Assembly (NCBI GenBank): GCA_964016885.1
Contig: OZ024742.1
Coordinates: forward strand, 305,660,001-305,724,000
Reading direction: 5' to 3'
Length of the DNA: 64,000 nt
DNA from: Eledone cirrhosa
Lineage: Eukaryota
Shown here: positions 44,639 through 58,500 of the stretch, one piece after another
How the letters are laid out: every line of letters begins with the position of its first letter
Numbering within the stretch: position 1 is the stretch's first letter
Translations under genes and position numbers: made by a program
Notes under the pieces: generated by a model
The model's database searches: none
Seen by the model: only the letters and a program-made list of their open reading frames with translations
What the model was told of the DNA's origin: nothing

Positions 44639-46166
44639 CTATATTAAATATATATATATAAGCTATAAAACGAATTGTTTGAGGCAGTCTTAAAGCACTC
44701 AATGGTACGAAAAGTTAATACATTTTCCGTTCAGAGTTAACACATAAAGTTGTAAAAGTATGACGCTATGAACAAATCGACCAGATGTATGTGCCCATAA
44801 TATATCAAATATCAAATTACTTTACATTTCATAAACTATTCTCAAATAATAGTATATATGACCAATTTCTTTTTAAACATAGTTTAGTCAGAGGAAATGC
44901 ATAGCTTAAGAAATTTTCCATCGTCTCGGGAAATAGCGCTCGGAAGGAAGGAAGCTTACCCCAGAATGAAAATCTTGGTCGAATATCTGCTACAAATTGG
45001 ACTTCGGAAATTGCGCCGAAGATTGAGTTGGTGCTTTCAAAATAGGTGATGCATTAACCACGCCCACACCACCAATTCAATAATAGAAATATCCTCTCAG
45101 ACAATATTCTACATAATTTATGTCTAGCAAATTTCACTCATAAAGCTGTCACCGACTTATAGCAACACAGCCATACCAGCTTGTGTTACTCATAGTAGTA
45201 AAATAACGATTATATGTTTAGCAAATCATCTATGGTTTGGTTTCAAATCAGCACGCTAAGTAAAGAAATATAATTCTTTAATTTATTTTTCGCTGATGTT
45301 CTACACTTCACTGCCAGCGCAAAGCTATTTGCTAGTGAAACTGACCAAGAGTTCTACTGACAGATTTTGCCATTGATAAAAAATACATAGCAATATGTCC
45401 TTCTATCGCCACTCCAGTCACCTACTCCAGTGTTTCTCATTATATACGCTTTTTAGTATTTGAGATATAAAAACAAAAATGTTTACTAGTGGCAGATCGA
45501 TTGCTTCTCTATCTCTGTATATTATGCCTTCTAATTTCAGCACAAGGCCAGCGATTTGTGGGGCAGGTCAATTCGATGATATAGACCCCATTTTTTAATT
45601 GGTATCTTATTTTATAGACCTCGTCGGGATTCGAAATCAGAACATAGAAAGTAGCAATTAAATACTTGATCAGAGCTGGCTTAGGGTTCAATAGTAATAC
45701 TAACCAAAGATTCTAGCAGTTGGTTCTTACATACAATTGCTTGGGATAAATATTCATTTGCAATTGAAAATGCTTTAGACTTCAGCGTATCTCAGGTAGC
45801 TCACATGTTTTAGATAACTAAATCTAGTTTTCCTGACGATCGCTGCTTCATATCGTGAATCTGTGAAGCATGTTATGTGATTCATGAACGCCATCATAGT
45901 TCCATCACCGAAGACGCGTGGCTTAGTGGTTAGGGTACTCACATCACGTTCCTAAGCTACTAAGTTGCATTCCTACTGTTTCTTAAATGGGAGTTGAGTT
46001 CTTTACCAAATATCTCTTAAATTAGATAATCCAAATTTATTTACAAATAATTATTAAACTCACTTACTATATGAGCCTTTTTTCTCTGATTTCTAGAGAA
46101 AATTAAATAATAATTTCTGTATTTGTAATTTGAGATAATCTATCTCTTTCTCTTTCCCTATTGTAG

Positions 46167-46370
46167 ATGTTCGTCCGTTTGTTTGTCGATGAAAATCTCG
46201 ACAGGATGGTACCCATTTCTAAACAGCCTAAGGATAAAATTCAGGCTATATTAGAAGCATGTGACAGACAATTTCCGGAATTTCACGAACGATCCCGAAA
46301 ACGGATTCGGACATATTTGAAATCCTGCCGCCGAATGAGAAGGTCAAAGGAACAAAATGGCTGGGAACCG
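46167..46370 (+). CDS. NOL4: Internal exon of a NOL4/NOL4L-like gene (conserved helical domain)
   Basis: ttgtag acceptor and gtaagt donor. 204 nt, phase 0: [68 protein letters not shown], recognised as the NOL4 conserved block. Confidence 0.93.
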
Positions 46371-46849
46371 GTAAGTTTTTTTGTTTTTTTTCGTCATCAT
46401 TAGCACCACCACCACCACCACCACCCCCACCATCGCTACCACCACATTCATCATATCAACGTTACTGTCATCGATACAGCATAGCTCTCATCAACACACA
46501 ACGTTTTCTTAGTACGAGTTGTTAAGATAATCAATATTACGGTGATAAAGTGGAAAATATTAGGTGAATTAAATTTACGATCAAATTTCCATCCTCATAG
46601 TAAAAAAAAAAAAAAATTGTTTCGATTGAACATGCCACAATTTCCCGTTGCACCTCAATAAATTTGAACAGTTTCATGTGAACTTTAAATGAACTCTATA
46701 TTTTGAAGGAGGTGGTCGCCCTTCACTATTATGGTTATATATATAACCTACTTAGATGTACATCTTGTAATCTGTCTCTCTATTTCTCTCTTAATATATA
46801 TATATATATATATATTAATTAGAAAGTGAACAACACAATATATAACTAC

Positions 46850-46915
46850 TCCATTATCAAAGGTTTCTGGATCCTAGACAATATTCATATACGTCTGGAT
46901 CGTTCATCAGACAGA
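46850..46915 (-). ncRNA. Degenerate hammerhead candidate between TA tracts
   Basis: TCTGT-CTGATGA-acGATCCAGAC...GTCTaGGATCca-GAAA-cctttga-TA-ATGGA. Stem I relies on G-U pairs and stem III is poor. Confidence 0.4.
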
Positions 46916-46951
46916 AATGTCATCATATACATACATATATATATATACATA

Positions 46952-47008
<57 letters not shown>

Positions 47009-47015
47009 TTATATA

Positions 47016-47383
47016 ACAGAAAAAAGAGAATCAGTGTTGCGACGAAAGGAATTTATTGGACATATTACAATTGTATCTCGGGCGACCAACTCGAGGCACG
47101 ATCGATGTGGTGATCAAACCTGACTCTGAAATCGCGCGGTCCTCGGATACGGTCCTAGAATCGAGACGTATCCGAGGTCCGCGCGATTTCAGAGTCAGGT
47201 TTGATCACCATATCGATCGTGTCTCGAATTGGTCGCCCGAGAAATAATTGTAATATATCCAATAAATTCGTTTCGTCGCAACACTGATTCTCTTTTTTCT
47301 GTGATCTCATACTCTGCTCTTTGAGGGCATCGAGTGCTCATACGGCCTACCGCATAATGACGCTTTAAGCATCCAACACCAAT
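47016..47383. mobile_element. Fold-back element, family F
   Basis: 136-bp inverted arms 47016-47151 and 47167-47302, ~80 nt tail, (TA)n flanks. Arm consensus contains GAAA-CAATTG-TA (47241-47252). Confidence 0.85.
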
Positions 47384-47679
47384 TATATATATATAAAGAG
47401 AGAGAGATTGAAAGATAATATATCTCGGTAGGTTGTATAGTTATATACGAAAGTGAAAAATACACTGTAATTTCTGAATTTTTATATTATGCAAAAACTA
47501 TTTTTGATTTTTTTCTAATCTAAATATTAAATATGTACAACACTGAGACGACTTATCCTAGAAATTGTTTGTCATTTCCGGGCTTGTAACACACCATTTT
47601 TGTGACTTTATCTTGATTATATTTCTCCCCTTTATCATCTAATTTGTTTTCATTTTATATGTATATGGGTATATATATA

Positions 47680-47776
47680 CAGGGTGTCGCAAAAAATATA
47701 TACACACCTCAACAACATTCAATAAATATTGCCGTTACCGGTAATAAAAGTGTGTACATTTTTGTCGGACACCCTG
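47680..47776. mobile_element. Tc1/mariner-type MITE
   Basis: TA-CAGGGTGTC...GACACCCTG-TA with ~30 bp imperfect TIRs. Related copy at 55204-55291. Confidence 0.8.
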
Positions 47777-47789
47777 TATATATATATAT

Positions 47790-47867
<78 letters not shown>

Positions 47868-48207
47868 AAGTGCAAAGGGTAGCGGAACTCGGCAAATAGG
47901 AGTGAGAGGCTCCCAGTTGTTACAACATCTTTCTAAGAGAGGCAAACACTGAAAAAGAAAACCTGCGGCTTCAGAAGCATCCGATGATGTTGACCAGTTC
48001 TCCTTTTCGGGTAGTGTTTTCGATGCTGAGAGAGTGCGATTGGTCGAGTGCAAGGCATTTCCAACCTTCAAAGCACAGGCATTGCTTGTTCAGAATATGT
48101 TACAGGTTCGTGTGGCTGGCCGCACTAAAAGTACACCATTTTCTGTAATTTGACAAGCGATTGCAATAATCTTAGAAGAGTTTGCAGCCATCATATATAT
48201 ATATATA

Positions 48208-48408
48208 GGAAAATGTTTGACCCCGACGGCAGAGCTGGAGCCGTTTCGACGGCTATTTCTGGACATAATAGAGTCCAGAAATAGCCGTTGAAACGGCTTG
48301 TGCTCTGCCATCGGGGTCAAACATTTTCCTATTACTCACTCTTCTACCCTAAGTATTGAGTACTCTAGTGCGTTATGGTCCATCTGGTTCCTTACCACAC
48401 CTCCTTCG

Positions 48409-48464
<56 letters not shown>

Positions 48465-48526
48465 CGAAGTAGTCCAGAAATAGACGTCGAAACGGCTTGA
48501 GTTCTGCCGTCGGGGTGATACATTTT

Positions 48527-48530
<4 letters not shown>
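48208..48530. mobile_element. Family E element (48208-48410, opposite orientation) and an internally deleted copy (48463-48530)
   Basis: Homologous to 10862-11055 and separated by (TA)n. Confidence 0.85.
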
Positions 48531-48568
<38 letters not shown>

Positions 48569-48829
48569 TATATAGAGAGTTGAAAATGAACGAACAAAAC
48601 AATATATCTTTGAAACAGAAGAATGATTTCGCTGGTAGTTGGTGTACTCTTTAATAATTCAAATCTTTACATTAAGTCGTTATTGATATTAGTTCTGTTA
48701 ACTTCGCTGGAGAACTTTGTCTTTGTTAACATTCTGGGGGAACTTTCTCGCATCCGGCAGCGATTATCACACTAGTGTATTGTGGTATGTTCATAAACCC
48801 ACGCACGCACACACACACACACACACATT

Positions 48830-48906
<77 letters not shown>

Positions 48907-49070
48907 TCATAGAGGGGGATGGGGTTCTGGGAGTTAGCAAGGACTTACCCGAATTAGTATAAATAACTTTTAACTGTAAACACCAAACATCAGTGAAGTT
49001 ATTCTTCACTTTTTTCAAATATATCTTACCGTATCAAGGAATTTTCTTTATTTTCCACTATATATATATA

Positions 49071-49322
<252 letters not shown>

Positions 49323-52093
49323 TTAGGCAAGATTTGATGGCAGTTGATTTATTTCTAATGTGCAAACAAATTCTAAAGATATGTGTAGACAATACAATCA
49401 GGGAAATGGTTCTATGGATATGAAAGAAGTTAAAACAAGATAATCTTTTTTTTTCTTTCGCCAGCTGGCTTAATAGTTTAAATCACTGATGAGGCCCCAA
49501 TAATACAGACCACCCTTTGTATGTCTATTTGTATATTATTATAGTCTGTCTAAATAAGATATTATGTTTAGAGAGCTGAAATTGACATTAAAAATCGCAA
49601 GACATTACATAATGATTCTATTGCATTAGACATAATGCCGGTTTTATTTATTTATTTATTCACAAATTTATTTATTTATTCACAAATATATATATATTAC
49701 TAACACGTTAGCAGTGTTTTTGTTTAATACATTATCGGACAAACGTACAGAATTTAGCCGCTACTAAATATGTAAGCTAATTATAATTAGTTAAACACAT
49801 TCGATAGTCGTGAAAGCTGTCTTTTTGATTATTCTATTTGACTGTAGAGAAGAAGGATCAGCAGCGGTATAGTTTGAAAGGCTATTTCATTCTCATCAGT
49901 TCTCTATTTCTTAATCGATTACTGCGGAAATTTATTTAAACTCAGTATTAATAAACGCTTTATTAAACCAGGTACACTGATTTGAGGATATGTCAAATCT
50001 TAGATGTGTATTAACATCACCACCTGGTCTTTTGGTGTATTTCTCAGAGCACACTAGTGGCTCTATCACAACCACATCATTTTCCTTCAGTAGACACAAT
50101 TTGAAGGCGAGTGGGTTAGTTTTTAAGGTGTTAAACATACGATCATAATGTCAGGGTTTCAATTCCTGTACCGGGCTGTGCGTTAGTGTACTTGTACAAA
50201 ACCTTTCAGTTAACATTGTTCCATTATAATGTAGCTGATAATGAGTACCAGCAGTAGCTGGAAGTGTAATCCTACCATGAACTGGTGTCCTGTCCAAATA
50301 GGAGTCTTGTACTCTCAATCGTTTAACGCAAAAGAAACCAGAATAAACACTAGGAAAATTAGCTCCGGGCTAGAAACTGACTTTAGATTTTTGGACACCA
50401 TTTCCAAGATTAACCGTCTGAAGAAATGTGATGTGATTTTCTTACGTTTCCCAATATTAAGATAATTCCATTTAACACAACGCTCAACAACATATTTTCC
50501 ATTTACGAATACCACTAACCTTTTCGTTACCATATTTCCAATGAAAGGTACTGCTTATGGTTTTTAAATAATTTTGAAAATAACCAGGAAATTGGGAGGA
50601 TTTAGGTATATATTTAAACTATTCCTCATTTAGCTGCTGTATGAAACAAAGGATCGTATATTAAAATATGAATGTTTTTAGATATATATAAACACGTTAA
50701 AATAAACAGCATATAAATATCATAGAACCAGGATTGAAAAGGGTTAAAATTAAAAGAATGAATCATTTGAAGGGGCAGAATCTCTGCTTTTGCTTATACA
50801 TATCAATTAAACACAGTGAAATTAAACCCTAAACCTACTTAATATGATCTAAATTAAATCTCATACTGGCGTTTCTTAATCTGTAATTATTGATTCACCA
50901 GTTTCCACCACGGAGCCATCTATAATTGATTCCTCCCCCTCCTCCTCTACCTCGTTTTCCATTCTCCTAATCCACCTTCAACCTCATACCCCCTCCTTCC
51001 TCATCCACATATTTGACCTGTTCCTTTTATAAATCTTTTTCTTAATTGACTAATAGTTATTTCGATAGCTTACCACAACCTCCCCACACCACCACCACCA
51101 TCTCATACGCTCCTTCCACTATTATGATTACTACTTCTACCGCTAACAAATTCTGCTACCACCACCACCGCTACTACTTCTACTGGTGCTGCAAGTGGTT
51201 TTATTAGAGCTGCTTCTAATAGTGCTATTACTACAGCTACCTATCCCCGTCAGTTCACCAACACCACTACCACTACTACTACTATTACTGCTATTACTGC
51301 CGTTGACAGTACTGTTCATGTTGATGCTGTTACCACAAATCCTGCCACTACAACAATTATTTATGATTTGTATTATTAGAAAAAGTGCACCAAGGGAAAT
51401 TAGCAAGAAATTAATTGTGATTTTTAAAGAAATTATCTCCCTTTTTCCTTTGAATATTGCTAACGATTGCCGTTAGGTTTTTGTATTCTTTCTGCAACTT
51501 GGAGACACATTTTTATATACGCAACCGAGAGGAAGCCTCCATAAGGCTGGTTGCTTTGTTAGAAATAACACCTAGGACTTCCTCATAGTTCACCAGCTAC
51601 TGTACACCGAAAGCACATTCATAATACACTATGGCTGAGGCCAGTGTGCCTTTGAGCCCAGTTGTGTTCGTTTTGTTGAATCAGAGCAAATCTGAGTTTA
51701 AGCAACATCATCTATAACTTTTTACCACCTCTTCTACTATAAATCATTTTGAGCCCTTCATTTGTCAGGTTAATCTTTATTGGATGTTAATATGTTGCTT
51801 ATGAGAACCTCTCTGTAGGATATCTCATTGTAGACGCAAAGTAAGCTATGTCTGTGTTTCACAGGTTTGCTTCACAACATCATGGTTTAAAATATGTTCT
51901 AGCTGCGAAACAAGAGTATTCCAATATAGTCAGGACAGACCAAATACTTTTGAGTTGATTTAGGAGGTAAAACTTGCCTGAAAATTTGCCCCCCCCCCCC
52001 CCCTCTCTCTCTCTCTCTAATGCGTGCATTATTTCCTATCCACTCATTACCCATTGACTTTTTATTTTATTTTGCCTTCCGCAAAACCTCATG

Positions 52094-52147
<54 letters not shown>

Positions 52148-52268
52148 CCAACTTCCGATGAAAAGACTAGCACCAGAAACATAAAGGCTCTCTTCTAATT
52201 ACATCAAACTTTAAACTAATATACATTCATTGCATTGTATTGGTCACCTGTGTTTCTTTAACTTGTTG

Positions 52269-52309
<41 letters not shown>

Positions 52310-52374
52310 ATAGATAGATACATGTATACATACATACATACATACATACATACATACATACATACATACATACA

Positions 52375-52403
<29 letters not shown>

Positions 52404-52405
<2 letters not shown>

Positions 52406-53309
52406 CAACACGAAATACCTGATTCACAAAAGAGATAGGGATGCAGGAAAAACACCTAGATGTGATAACAAGTGCAGACTCTGCAGAATTAACATCGTAG
52501 ATTTCACCCATGTCACAAGCAGCTGTCCAAAGATGTCATCGCGGTACTATCTACCTATGAGGCACGATGTAGTGGCCAAAACACTGTACAATGCAATCCG
52601 TAGAAAAGATAGCCCCGACAATAAAAACATTAAAAGCTACAGCAATGTGGAAGACATACATATATATAATATGAAAGAGTACTGGTGGAATGTTCTAGTC
52701 AAAACCCCAATAAAATACAGGCATAACAGACCAGATATTATTATATGGGACAGGGAAAAGAAGGCATGCACAGTAGTGGAAGTTAGCTGTTCAGCAGATG
52801 CCAATATAATGTCAAAGATTAGCGAAAAGGAGAATATTTATGCAGAACTGATGAGAAATCTGCAGATACTCCACCCTGATTATGCCTTCAGATTTAAACC
52901 TGTGATTATTGGGACACTGTGATTATATGTTAGTAACTGCCTCAATACAAATCTTGAGAAGCTAGGCTTCACAGGAACAGAAAGAACACAACTAGTTAGG
53001 AAATTACAAGTACAATCCATTAATGGAACAGTAAAAATATGTAAAACATTCCAAAAATGTGCATCTAATAACTGCATATACACATGTACAGATACTAAGC
53101 ATATACACATGTACACATACAACTCAAAACATACACATCCACACATACAATAACATCCATATCTACACATGCATGCATGCATGCAGACATGCATACATAT
53201 CTATCTAGTTGATGTTGTGTAAAGTCCAATGAGAGAGTCTTGTGTCTATGTTAGAAACTGACTCTCTCTCTATTGGCAAACATTTGTGAAATTTTAAAAC
53301 CCAGAAGAA
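52404..53309 (+). mobile_element. 3' portion of an R4/Dong-like non-LTR retrotransposon (CCHC knuckle plus restriction-like endonuclease)
   Basis: KCRLCR..D.TH..SSCP knuckle, RHD, HNRPDIIIWD, EVSC and KENIY motifs. Premature TGA at 52920. (CATA)n on both sides. Confidence 0.88.
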
Positions 53310-54137
53310 CATACATACATACATACGAAGTTCAGGTTTCTCGGTTGCAAAGCTCTATGGTAAACAATATATACTAGATGAAAAATCATTAGTGATCTCA
53401 ATATCTGTTCCCTATACAACTCTTTCACTTAAGTCACAGCTAACAATGACTAGTCACAAACAAAAATTAGCTCTTGTGAAATGATGTAAAATTCAAATGT
53501 CTTCACAACCACATTAACACTGCCTTCTAAAAAGAAGGAAAAACGCATGACAACACTACTTCATTCCAAAGATATAACTGAGAAGATCTAAATAAGTTAA
53601 GGATAGATGTTATTTTAGTGTTATTTTTATTTTTTTTAAAAACTGCAAGACACGCTTTATATAAAAGGCAAAAATGATTTTTAATAATATATTTTGAACA
53701 AATAACTGGTCTCTATTTAATTAATTTACAATTACCTATTGCAATCCACAGCCTCATATATTGGACCAGGTAGCCATAATATCGATATGAAAATAATGAA
53801 ATTGTTATTGTTTGATTGCAAAAAGGCAGAAACTTAATCGTGAGTTGGAAGAGAGGGCGCATTTTGTTCCGGCAATCTGCGCTTTGAATCCCAAACTAAA
53901 CGATATCAAATTTGCTTCCATAGTTTCAAAGTTGATACGTGCAATTAGTGGAAATGTTAGAGCGTCGGACTTGATGCCTCACGGTATCTCTTCCAGCTAT
54001 GAGTGTTCTGAGTTCAAATCACACAGTCTAATATTGGGTCGAAAGCCTGACTTAACAAATATATTTACCTTTCAAACACTCAGCCTATGCGTATGTTCAT
54101 AAGCGTAGTTGTGTAACCTATACGTCTGAATATGAGA

Positions 54138-54175
<38 letters not shown>

Positions 54176-54178
54176 ATT

Positions 54179-54204
<26 letters not shown>

Positions 54205-54209
<5 letters not shown>

Positions 54210-54602
54210 ATATTAAATAAATGGAAACTATATTTCTAAAACCATATTTATTTTATTATATATATTTCAAGGGTACCAAGACACATTGATACGCTTTCAT
54301 CAGATAAAATACAAAATTTGTTTTATAACTAGAGACATACCCATGAAAATCATACCTTATCGGTTGGAAATTCACTGGATAGTCTTAAAAGTTAAAACAA
54401 ACTTTGTATTTTATCTGATGAAAGCGTATCAATGTGTCTTGGTACCCTTGAAATATATATCATAAAATAAATATGGTTTTATAAATATAATTTCCATTTA
54501 TTTAATATCATTGAATATTACTCCAATAAACTGTTGAGTGCGCTAAATCAATTATAAACATTTATATTTGTTGGACTTCCAACAAATTAAATACCCCTTC
54601 TA

Positions 54603-54604
<2 letters not shown>
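54205..54604. mobile_element. Fold-back hammerhead element, family B
   Basis: Arms ~54205-54331 and 54389-54513, ~57 nt spacer, ~90 nt tail, (TA)n flanks. Confidence 0.9.
54407..54469 (+). ncRNA. Minimal type-I hammerhead ribozyme, family B (mirror copy on - strand, 54249-54311)
   Basis: TATTTTAT-CTGATGA-AAGcGTATCAA-tgtgtc-TTGGTACcCTT-GAAA-TATATA-TC-ATAAAATA. Confidence 0.85.
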
Positions 54605-54653
<49 letters not shown>

Positions 54654-54665
54654 ATATATATATAT

Positions 54666-55070
54666 CTAAGGCGGGTAAAATTCCCGAGATCCATGGACGA
54701 GTTCTCTCCAGTGGTCCCTGTCCCTCATTAGTGCTGCCATATCCTGCGTCTCCAACAGACCGGTGTCTGTCCTTAGGGCATCAACATACGTTAACCTTGG
54801 TCTTCCTCTTCCAGTGTGTCCATGCAGGGGCTCCCACAGGGGCACTGAGTGCAGTATCAACTCTGGATGTCAGTGAGCATGTCCAGCTAACCTCAGTCTC
54901 CTCTGTGTCACTTTTGAGCTGACTTTGGGGAGGCTCCCATACAGCTCTGAGTTTTTCTTCCTCAGTGTAAACTGTTTAATGTTCAGAACCATCCTCAGCA
55001 TTCTCGTGTAGCACCCATCCACCATCTGAGTGAGTTTCAGCAGCACTGATGAGGCGGATCTTCATGTCTT
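54666..55070 (-). mobile_element. 3' end of an RTE-X-like LINE with (TA)n tail
   Basis: DGCYTRMLRMVLN, LRLAGH and LWEPLHGHTGRGRPRLTYVDAL...MRDRDHW. Confidence 0.8.
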
Positions 55071-55203
55071 CACATATATGTATGTATATATATAACAAAG
55101 AAAGTGTGGTAAAAAACCAGGTGAACCATAACGCACCAGAGTACTCGATACTTAGGGTAGTAAAGCGGGTAAAGAATCAGGACTCTTTTCACATATATAT
55201 ATG

Positions 55204-55291
55204 CAGGGTGTCCCCCAAAAATGTATAAACACTTTGATTAGCTGTACAGGAAATATTTATTAGAATGTTGTATACATTTTTGGAACACCCT
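55204..55291. mobile_element. Tc1/mariner-type MITE, second copy
   Basis: CAGGGTGTCCCCCAAAAATGTATA...TATACATTTTTGGAACACCCT. Confidence 0.7.
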
Positions 55292-55734
55292 ATATATATA
55301 TATATATATTCATACTCTATAATTCACTAGATAGTTCGGATGATTGAACATCTGGAATACACGTTCGTCAAAACTGACATTTCATTCATTCATTCACCTA
55401 CCCATAAACACTAAGCAGCACTAGAGACAAATTAAATGCATGCACACGTACACATGCGTACGCACACACGCACACAGAAATGCACGCTCACAAATACTCA
55501 TGCTTGCACACACATTGCACGCCGCAGTCCACATATAGTGCAGTTTTGAAACACACTTCACTAGTTATAGTTGGTTCTCAGGCATCTACTGCTATTGCAT
55601 TAATAGACAAACACCACGTGATTGTTCATCCACTGACTGCTTTGCTTATCATCGCGTATATAAATACATGTAAAACAATTACAAACACATATACACATGC
55701 AATATCTTGTATTTATAAATGTATATATATATAA

Positions 55735-55801
<67 letters not shown>

Positions 55802-57279
55802 CATACAAATAGATACACCTTGGAATAGCATAAACACGGTATACTCATATGTATAGTGATGTAGATATAATAATTTGTAATATACATCTCTGTTACTCTC
55901 TCTCTCTCTCTCACTCGTTCTGTGTCTCTCTTTACATACACACAGACATGAATATGTTGGTATATATATATATATATATGTTGGTATATATATATTTTTG
56001 TGTGTATGTGTGTGAGTGTGTGTGTATGTGTTTATGTGTACATATACATACACGTGTGTGACATTCTGTGTAACATATGGTGTTGTTTTACTATATATTC
56101 CTTCTCAAAGAGTCATATTTTACGTCCCGACTTTACTGGTTCCGTTTTTACACAACTGTCCCCTCCTCTTCATACACTTAATACAGCGGAGAGGAACGTG
56201 TCTTGCTGCCTGTTCTAATTCCATTCCAAGTTTTTGAGGCTGCCAAATCGATTTTACCATTTCCTTTGTTAGTTAAACTGTGTCCTATTTTTAAAGCATT
56301 TTTCCCTGGTGAAGAAGATAACTAAAGCAGGAAGTTCTGCAAGGTGGTGGAGGAATTGACGGTGGAGTGGCAAGGAATGATGAATGAAGATGGAGGGAGC
56401 TTTAGGCGGCGTGGGGCGTGGTAGGGATGGGAGGGCTAACGGTGGTGGATTTTGTTCACGACGTTCATTCTTTAAGTGGGCGGGTGATGGTGCTGTTGGT
56501 GGTGGTACACTGGTATTCATGAGGGTGAATGAAGGAGTTGATTGTGATGGTGGTTTTCGTAGTTGTGGTTGTGTTAGTGTTAGTGGTGCAAGTGCTGTCG
56601 GTGAAGATATGACGGATGCGAATGTGTAGTTGGTGTGGGTGTTGTAATGAATGAATGAACGAGGAACAGCAGTAGGAGTAAAAAATGACGTAAGAGACCA
56701 AACTATGAGGAACAACAAATCTTTTGACGTCGGCGATGACGATTAAAAAGCAGAAAACCAGTATGAGAAGTAAAGAGAGTAAATACGAGAAAAATGTAAT
56801 TGTTATCTTTTAAACAGATACAAGTTCAACATTTTGTAAGCGGAGTATCTCAGATGAAATCTCTATAGTATTCGGTTCAGTTTCTTTGCATTCTGTGTTC
56901 AAATCCCACCAAAGTCAACTTTATCCTTCAAACTTTAAAACCAATAAATCATGAGACCTTTCTCTACTCAAATCAGTTCGACTGGACTTTAGTTATCCGA
57001 TACACAATCATAGCATCCTTCTTAGGTTAAAAATCGATTGTTGTTTTTTTTAGAGTGGTTGGCTATCATCGATTCATTCAATCTCAGCATATTACTGGTA
57101 CTTATTTCACTGACATTAGTTCGGTCAAAATCAGAATTTACCTACGTAGGTGAATGAAATAAATATTGCCTTAAGACGATATTGTTTAAGTCAACTTAAA
57201 AATGATAGAATAAAAAAAGAAGTTTTGTTTAAGTTGCTATAATTATGTTGCTACCTCACTACCACTATTTATATTGGAG

Positions 57280-57467
57280 GGCGGTGAATTGGCAGTATCG
57301 GCAGGGGGTCGGACGCCATGCTTTGGCGCATAGAGTTACGACCCTTGCCATTCTGAGTTCAAACCCCGCCGAGGTTAACTTTGCCTTTCATCCTTACGGG
57401 GGTCGATAAAATAAAGTACCAGTAATGCACTGGGATAATTGCTTGCCTTGTGCCAATAGTAGAAACA
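57280..57467 (+). mobile_element. SINE family 1 with 15-bp target-site duplication
   Basis: ACTATTTATATTGGA at 57264-57278 and 57468-57482. Confidence 0.92.
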
Positions 57468-58424
57468 ACTATTTATATTGGACTTAGGTAATTTGTTTTC
57501 TTTCCTCAATCTGGCGTTAGTGTGTTTCTTAGGGGAAACTTCTTGAGTATTTTAATGATAAGAGCCATAGTTCTAGCATGTCCCAATTTTTTGCTGTGTC
57601 AGGAGGTATGTTTTGAACTCAAAGCACTCTGAGGCGGAACAGATAGCGTAAGGTTTCCCGTATAACACTCAACCAACTCTGGCAACATCTTATCGTTGTT
57701 ACTTATTTAGGATTACATTATTTTTTCTGTGTTTCTACTTTCCAAGACAATATGGAGTAATTTGAAGGATATTTGGCTATCATTTCTAGTTTGTTGAGTG
57801 ACTTTTTAAATCATTCTCTGGCTTGTAGGGGTTAGCATATATTCCTATAATACATCATAGATGTGAATGGAATTTTGATGGAAGGTGCAGAAGGGCGTTT
57901 AACAGTCTATACCGCGTTTTAAGAAGAAAATTTAAAAGAAAGAAAACAGCGATTAAGGATGATGGCTTGATGAGGGTTAGCGACAGATCAGAACATCTGT
58001 CTCTCTCTAGTCTCTCCCCTCTCTCTCGTTGGCTGAAGGTTTATTCTCTTGGTATTCTGGTTTATTATAATGGAGTCTCGCGTGGGCGTGAAATCGTGAA
58101 GAGGTTTTGTGATTTAATTAATTTTTCGATGTTAGTCTCCTCTATCGTTATGATGGGTTGAACGCATGACTAATTATAAAGCTGGTGTTTTGATAATGTT
58201 GTATTAGAATTGAAGAGAGACAGACAGAGAGAGGGAGAGGGACAGAAGGAGTGGGAGGGAGGGAGAGAGAGAAAATTAGCGAGAGAAAGTTAGTGAAATA
58301 AAGAAAGTGTAAGACAATGTGTATGTGTGCAGGAATTCTGCTCAAATTCTCTACAATCATTGATGTAATGTTATACACAATAAACACAAACACAAACACA
58401 CACATACACTCATATATATAATAC

Positions 58425-58500
<76 letters not shown>

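Noticed and set aside
49483-49592. CTGATGAGGC...GCTGAAA possible hammerhead
   Set aside because: No convincing stem I or stem III pairing. At best a heavily decayed copy.
56269-56718. 149-aa Pro/Thr-rich ORF
   Set aside because: Low-complexity GGT/GT-rich sequence with no recognisable domain or clear splice signals.
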